From contig CM082577.2 in assembly GCA_040954595.2 (NCBI GenBank), positions 62,001-126,000 of the forward strand: DNA of 64,000 bases, in the 5' to 3' direction. Below the pieces are notes generated by a model. The model did no database searches, was not told where the DNA came from, and saw only the letters and a list, made by a program, of their open reading frames with translations. Both the position numbers and the translations under genes were made by a program. Shown piece by piece: positions 12,306 through 64,000 of the stretch; positions within the stretch are counted from its first letter, which is position 1; every line of letters begins with the position of its first letter. Source of the stretch: Balanoglossus misakiensis. Lineage: Eukaryota; Animalia; Hemichordata.

Positions 12306-15300
12306 AAAACAGAACAAGTACTAGTAGTGATGGAATCTGAATACATGAACTGTACAAAGACTACTTAGAGAAGAAAAAAAAAACAATTAAAGTGCTACCC
12401 AAACAAACATCTCAAGAAACAAAACCTATAGATTTATGCTGAATCCAGGTTAATTTTCTCACATTTATACTACTTGTTACTTTGAGTACAAACCCCCTAA
12501 ACACAGATTATGTGTGATACAATTTCTCTTAAGTAATCTACTTTGCGATGTAACAGCATCTATATAAAGTGTCAAAGAGCTAAAGGTGTATTTCAAGTGA
12601 CAAAGGCTAAAATGTATAACACAGAGACCTGAAAACCCTGCAATGTTTGAGAGAACTTTTGCTAAATGACAGATTAAAGTAAAGAATTAAACACTCAAGT
12701 TACACATTTATCCAAGAGAATATAAAGTGTACATTCTGGGTACTATACTTCAGCTGAAGGACACACAAGTGTTTTGCCAGGCAGAACTGTGTCGCATTGT
12801 TGCTATGTCCTCTTCAGGCGAGTATATGCCGATTATATTTTTTACTTTCAAGACCCGAGTTGATCAATACTGTTCGCAAACCACTTCACAGGTATTGTTC
12901 AGGGAAAATTTGGATCACGGCTGCTGTGAATACAATAGTTGTTAATACCCAGACGATTTCTTTATTACTCGGGGTATTGAATCTTATCTGAATTCAGTCA
13001 CATGATGCATGGCAGTCAATGAGCACCCACTGCAAAATTAACAGTGTTGGTACTGTTGTTTAGTTCTGATGCTGCTAAAAATCTTGCACATTTTGAAGAT
13101 GATGAAAACAAAATCCACAAAGTGACAGAGATAATTTACAACAGAACCATTCTTGGAGATTGCATTTTGAAGAGAGAGAGAGTGTTAACCTTTCATGACC
13201 ATCAGTCTAGGAAAACACTTGTGATGTTATTGTCTGGCTAATACCACATTAAAATCATAACACTGTATCTAAGGAAAAGTGCTAATTTTGACAGGTAACT
13301 TCAATGTGGATGACACAGACACACAAGGTGTTTAATACATTTTTTTTCTTGACATGATCTTGATGGTCAAATATGGATGTGATGGCAATGTTTTGCTCAA
13401 AACACACCAAAGAACCTTCCCCAAATGTGCATACATCCCTGGCCTAACTCCATGTGTCCATGAATTACCCCGTTTTATCCAGTTCCCTATTTCACTGATC
13501 ATGCATGGCTGGTGCAACTAGGCTGCTTAGCTTTGTCTTACAGACTCTCCATATCTCTCAGTTTGTAACACTACCACAAAAGAGTGAAAACAAGCATGTC
13601 TACTTTTGTGTTCTCATTGACTTGCACTGATCCCGTTGAACGATTTCACTTGACAAGCAAATGCTGGGAGTCTCCAGCTGAACTAAGGCTTACAGGAAAT
13701 AATGTGTGTGTGAGAAAGTGCAAAATATGAGAAGGAAAAAGTTCATGGAAATACCGAACACAATGGCCAATCGGGAACAAAACTCCGGATTCTGCAACAG
13801 CTGTAGCACACAGTCAATTTCAGTTTAAATAACATATTATTTGCTTGGTCCATTTTTGTGGCAAAATTTAGCAAACTCATTTCTTTTTCAATGCAATAAA
13901 TGTTGATTCTTATACACAATGAAGATTAAAGTACTAGTATTCAACTCATCTTTCAAATGCTGCACCACAGAATAAACTGAAACAAAGACCCATTAGTATC
14001 TCTGATACTCAGCTTGCATAAACTCAGTGGCAATACTCAAAAATATCTTATGCTCCAACAAATGGTAATGTGTGGTGTGTGTCACAGACATACATTTTTT
14101 GGCCAGAAACACACTTGATAAAATTCAGCTGTGCTATTATGATAATTCTGATCCAAAAATTTACATAAACTGAAGTCACACTTGTGTGTTGGAGTCCTTG
14201 AGGGAACACAGCATTCTATTCCTAGCCTTTTCACAGTTTTTTCCAAGCTACAGCATGGCGGCAGAACAGCAAAAAAAAAATCAGTAAAGTAGGCTAACTT
14301 CATTCAATTTCAGTTTAGTCAATCAATGCCATTTCCTTCAGATCCAACAGCCTATGTGCGGAAACACACCGCTTGGGAAATAATCCATAGCGTGCCAGAT
14401 CTATCACCACAGCCAAAACTTCTGTGCCAAACCAGTTACTCGTTCTCCGGGAGAAAACTGGGAGATGCAAATCTAACAGATCTGAGAGGGGATCTCATCC
14501 TATGAATGCACTGGATGTATGCGCAGCTGATATTTCCTGCAAAGAAATTCCACCAATTGGTACTCGGTAAACTCCCTATCACATCTGCTGGGTAAGGACT
14601 CTGTAATGTTTTGTTAACCTTACTCCATTACCACAAGTACAGTGGAATTAACACTGACTGACAAAGAACTCATTGTTTTTCTTAATTTACGTGACTTTCA
14701 TTGCTGACAGAAACCTACACAATGTTGTGGGATTTTACCAGACAAGTGGAACAACCAAATACCCCCCCCCCCCCACGAACTTTAACCTTCCATAGGAATA
14801 ATATATTCAAATATGAATAATGTAAACAAGACACAAATTACAAAATGATAACTAAGTAAAGAAACATAAGTGACAATGCCATCTATCCCATCACCAAAAG
14901 CATTAATTGAACGATCTATGAATTAACTTTTCAAAAAATACAACATCAATATTTTGTTAGGCTTAACTTGCCATCTTCGCTAGGAGCGTAGTTACATGTA
15001 TGGAACTTACATAAAATAAAATGTCTAAACATTAAACGCACATTCATGCTTTAATCTTAGTTATGACAAACATGAAGGCTAAATCCTTTAGCAATATGAG
15101 CATATTTCTTACAAGCTCTTGCCAAGTTTACAGACGCCATCAACAGAACATTCCAAAGTTCAAAATTCGCTCTTTTGATTCTTTTCCTTAAACTGACGTG
15201 TTAATCTGTATATCAGTTCAGCTACTTTTACTTTCAAATGTTGGTAACTTGTGCAGGTCTGCAGTTCTGAAATAATGGTATTCAGGACAGACAAAATATA

Positions 15301-16088
15301 AGGGAAACTAAAACCAGTGCTTACGACTGGTGCTAATGAATTCTACACTGGATAAACTGATAAGATAGGGTACGCTCGTATCCGTGTATTGATGTAGGAT
15401 TTTAAAGCTATCATCGATTCTATGAGTGATGAATGGAGAGATTTCATAACATTTTTATTTCCATTTTTTTCAGAGTTTGATAACTACCATTTTTATGTGC
15501 TCTCTGTTCTTCACTTAATCTTAGTCAGAAAGAGATATTTTTTCCAAGAAGAAATCTGCAGATGATTTTCCTATTCATTACTAACATTTTCCTGAATACT
15601 GAAGATTTTTTGAAAGTATTGTTCCCCTTTCTACTATGATTTGCATAATCATCGTCATTCATTTGATCTGCAGTATCTCTTAACACAGGCAATGTGGGAG
15701 CCATGGTACTTATGGAACGAGGTCACACTCACCATAGGCTCCCACACAAAGAATGTTCACATACCGCTGGCGACCACCCCCTAATCCAGGCCCACACAAC
15801 TTCCTTCAGGCATGGCGCCTCCCCTAGGGGTTTTATTTCGGATTGTTTTTTTTTTAGAGGTCGTCTTTTATTTGTGTTTTTTAATCGGTACTTTGAAACT
15901 GCCCGAGGTGACTGGATTACAGCAGCGATGGCAGTTCGTTGGTTTTTTGGAATTTTTCTCAGTAGTTTTAGAAGGAACCTCGCCAAGGCCGGGTTGGAGG
16001 CTTGCCTCTTGCTTTTTTATATTCTTACATACTGAGTGTAGTAGGATGGATTGCTAGCTCTTTCTTTGAGCTGGTTGATACCACGTGT

Positions 16089-61061
<44,973 letters not shown>

Positions 61062-61225
61062 CACCTTCGGTCAAACAAGGCATTTCTCTCGACTCAACTC
61101 TGACAAAATTACGAGCTTTACTCGGGCTTTAATATCCGTGATCAGCTTGTACTTGTCGCCATATTGAATTTTATAAATTTTCAAGTTTCATTTCAGCGCG
61201 TGAGCGCGCCCTCTCGTCCGTTCAT

Positions 61226-61330
61226 TGCTAAAGTCAGTTTCGACGTTCAGTTTCGGATCCTTTTCCGGAATCGGATTCAGATTCGAATTGTCATTATAAT
61301 TTCACGGTGACGTGATCATCTTTTCGTCGA
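61226..61330 (-). promoter_or_regulatory. Putative CpG-rich core promoter of SMG1
   Basis: Local CpG enrichment upstream of exon 1, a palindromic ETS-type TTCCGGAA (61263-61270) and a CRE/ATF-like TGACGTGA (61308-61315). The transcription start is not determined. Confidence 0.5.
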
Positions 61331-62942
61331 ATTCATATTAAAAAATAAATTAAATAATTTTACATTTGTGAATCAAATCAACACCAGAGGATTGTTAAAA
61401 GTAGTACATTGGGAAAAGATTCTAGAGAGACTTGTAGGTGCATCCCGAGAGATTTGGTGGTGTAAAGAACGCTATAAAAATCAGAGTAGGCTACTATACT
61501 GAGCAGCCAATATGAGCAGCCAATATACATATGCTAACTTCGTTAATAAAGATTTTTGGTTCAATGTGATATGAATAGGTGGTGTATCTATCATGTCACT
61601 CATAGGGGAGGGTCACATTTTACGTGACTGACACTCCTCTCCCAATAACTGGCAGTTCTCTTGACATAACGAGAAACCTTGATTTCGTTTTTGTAGAGGC
61701 CAAAGTTAAATCCACCGGTGGTGGCGTGAGTGCAACATCAATGTGTCACTGCTCAGGTGGAAGACCAGCTATGGGTCCACAAGCATCCATCCTACTGTCA
61801 TATTCTAGCAGTCCTGATTCTTTTAGGCCTCTGGCTGATTTTTGTTTCCATGACTTTTGCATGCTAGAGGCATACTAAAAATCGCAAAAACAGCCGTTCA
61901 AAATGGCGTCCATTGACGATCTGTACCCGTTGTTCAGCATTATTTACCTTCCAGTAGAAGGAACACATATGTGAATATATTGTTATCGTAGATTTAGCAG
62001 TTGCAACAGTCTACGTTTAGCGTCACAATACAATAAATTTGATGTCGTAAACGAATACTAGTAAAATGATCATTCATTTCATAATTTCGATGGTTAGGAT
62101 CACTGTTGGAAACGAACATAAGCCACGCAGCCGAATAGATGGCGATAGAGGGCGCGCATGTAATGGAAAGAACCTTGCATGACCTTGCATACATCATGGT
62201 GCTGTAAATGAGATCACTATTCCAAGATTTCGTGTTTCCCGTTTTTGTCTATCAATAAATTTCTTCTTGATGAAGAATATGCAGTTAATGTATTACTTTT
62301 GTCCCTTTCCCAAATATTGCAGTTGACCAAAAAGTCAACAACTGAAAATAGTATAAGTCCGGACTTCAAGAACAGTCTGGAGTGATATATTCAAATACTA
62401 TACATGTAAATGATGTTTTCGTGTCCTTCTTATGGCCGATAACAAAGACAAAACTTTGCTAGTAGCTTTTGTGACGTGTTTGTACAACTTTCGATTATCA
62501 AAACAATGTTCATGTACTGGTGTACCGAGCAATGCGTATAGGCCAGGTCAGTCGTCAGATGGCGCACTTTAACGTTTAATTAAATCCAGCCATACAGCAT
62601 TTGTGACTGCGTTCAAGAGATTTTGACGGTACAACAGTCTATCGTGCATTTAAAAGCCCCACTGTACGGATTCGAACCTTTTTGCCATTTGTTTACTCAC
62701 TTTTAATATTGGGGTTCTTGTGTTAATGAAGTATACATGTTCAATTGTCGTTACTTCTACAGCCAAAAGCATGTTCAGAGACAACTCCGACAACTAAAGA
62801 TAATTTTAAAAATGCGTACAACATAAGCATCTTTTGACAAGCAAAGAACTAACAGTACTATAAATACATAATTATAATATCGAAGTTCTCTCTCCATCTC
62901 TCGCCCCTCTAGCACTCTCCCCCCCCTCTCTCTCTCTCTCTC

Positions 62943-63971
62943 TCAGTTTTCTACCAACGAGACCCTGTTACCCTTGCCATCAGACGAAGACAACCTGAAG
63001 AAGTGCAAAGACCCGACGCTGTCATGACGGACGACGGTCGTCTTGATGTGTGCAGTCTGATCTTCCTGCCGACCGAATGCCGTTGATACGCTGTACTTTC
63101 GTTCGCTGTGGTGACTTGCGTCAGTGGAAATACTGTGTCTATGATGATCCGTCACCACAAAGCCGGACCCTCTTCTTTTGTTGGGAGTCGGCGGCACGAG
63201 ACTTGCCTCGAGCTTCAAGAACCGATCATCCTCAATTCCTTTCTTCTCGGTGTTCTTCGGAAAGTCTTTATCACGTCTGTCAAACCCGTTGTGTTTCTCT
63301 ATAACCGGCAACCTCATATCGTCACCATCTCTCCCGGATTTCCGCAGTTGTTCCCAAATTTCGACGGGTTCTTCATTCTCTTTTATTATCGGCAGAGTCG
63401 TTATCTTGAGGTACTCCCGCGCTTTCAAAAATTCTCGGCTGGCTTTCGAAAGCGCGGTCTTGCCGTTAGTCAGGTTATTATTCTGGAAAGTCAGTCCCTT
63501 GAACACTTGCCGACCAGATTTGGACAGAGGTCGTAGTATCTCCTTGGCGTCAAAGTCGAACTTCAAATGCTGCCTGGCCCTGTTCTTGCTCAACACTGTG
63601 TCGATGAACTTCATTTTCCGAGCCGCCAGATCCACTGCCGCTCTGCTCTGCTGCAGCGCCAAATCGGACAGACGAATCTGCAGCAGTCTCTCCGCGGTGA
63701 CGTTGTCGTACAGGAGAACCCGCTTCAAGTTGTTGGGCAGCGACTTCGGCGGCGTCGTCAGGCAGTCGTCGGCGTAGTTCTCCTGGCTCTCCGCCGGGTG
63801 GAACCAACTCCGGCCATCCTTCTTGCGGTCGCGGATTTTGCAGTCGATAAAGCGAGGCATTGAGCTCCTTCGCCGCAGGAACGTACCGTCCGGTTTCCAC
63901 TCCAGTACGGAATTTGGCGGCCCTAGGTCGCATTGAGCCAAGTCGGTCTCCTCATTCGTGCTATCGCACAT
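62943..63971 (-). CDS. Uncharacterised ~342-aa coiled-coil protein, single coding exon, weakly CCDC190-like
   Basis: Stop-free GC-rich frame of more than 1 kb, open to the window edge; first ATG at 63971. Heptad segment NVTAERLLQIRLSDLALQQSRAAVDLAARKMKF and motif DDRFLKLEASL. The family label is from memory only, and the N-terminus may lie outside the window. Confidence 0.75.
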   Translation of the reverse strand: MCDSTNEETDLAQCDLGPPNSVLEWKPDGTFLRRRSSMPRFIDCKIRDRKKDGRSWFHPAESQENYADDCLTTPPKSLPNNLKRVLLYDNVTAERLLQIRLSDLALQQSRAAVDLAARKMKFIDTVLSKNRARQHLKFDFDAKEILRPLSKSGRQVFKGLTFQNNNLTNGKTALSKASREFLKAREYLKITTLPIIKENEEPVEIWEQLRKSGRDGDDMRLPVIEKHNGFDRRDKDFPKNTEKKGIEDDRFLKLEASLVPPTPNKRRGSGFVVTDHHRHSISTDASHHSERKYSVSTAFGRQEDQTAHIKTTVVRHDSVGSLHFFRLSSSDGKGNRVSLVEN

Positions 63972-64000
63972 TCTTGCTTCTTTCTTGTGTTCAGACAAAA

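Noticed and set aside
15694-16057. Three overlapping ORFs just after the SMG1 stop codon
   Set aside because: Non-ATG starts and low complexity; they lie in the 3'UTR with no splice or homology support.
61500-61525. Tandem 13-bp duplication containing two CCAAT boxes upstream of SMG1
   Set aside because: Spacing is too tight for two NF-Y complexes; more likely a local slippage duplication.
62660-62690. Pol III B-box-like GGTTCGAATCC on the minus strand (62678-62668)
   Set aside because: No A-box, anticodon arm or acceptor stem around it, so not a tRNA.
63050-63933. Several overlapping antisense or alternative-frame ORFs (up to 199 aa)
   Set aside because: Expected shadow frames of a GC-rich coding exon; no independent evidence.

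Overview
This is AT-rich animal genomic DNA with GT-AG introns. An invertebrate deuterostome such as an acorn worm is my guess; the sequence alone cannot prove it. About 49 kb is one minus-strand gene for SMG1, the PIKK kinase of nonsense-mediated decay (NMD). I traced it by hand as 70 phase-consistent coding exons (61061 to 16089, 3723 aa), with a probable 3'UTR of about 3.8 kb. Three uncharacterised genes flank it: an intronless basic ORF (2459-3472, minus), a 4-exon 238-aa gene (6213-10216, plus) resembling a ciliary microtubule inner protein, and an intronless coiled-coil ORF (62943-63971, minus, possibly cut by the window edge). Introns hold many short non-autonomous DNA transposons. I see no prokaryote-type system, CRISPR array, rRNA or tRNA. 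The best leads are candidate NMD/EJC feedback features on SMG1 itself (four uORFs, a long 3'UTR, a junction that regenerates its own splice donor, an A-tract acceptor), a 145-bp palindrome with symmetric mismatches, and a TAGGCCTA cluster between two divergent genes. All coordinates were read manually and no database search was run.
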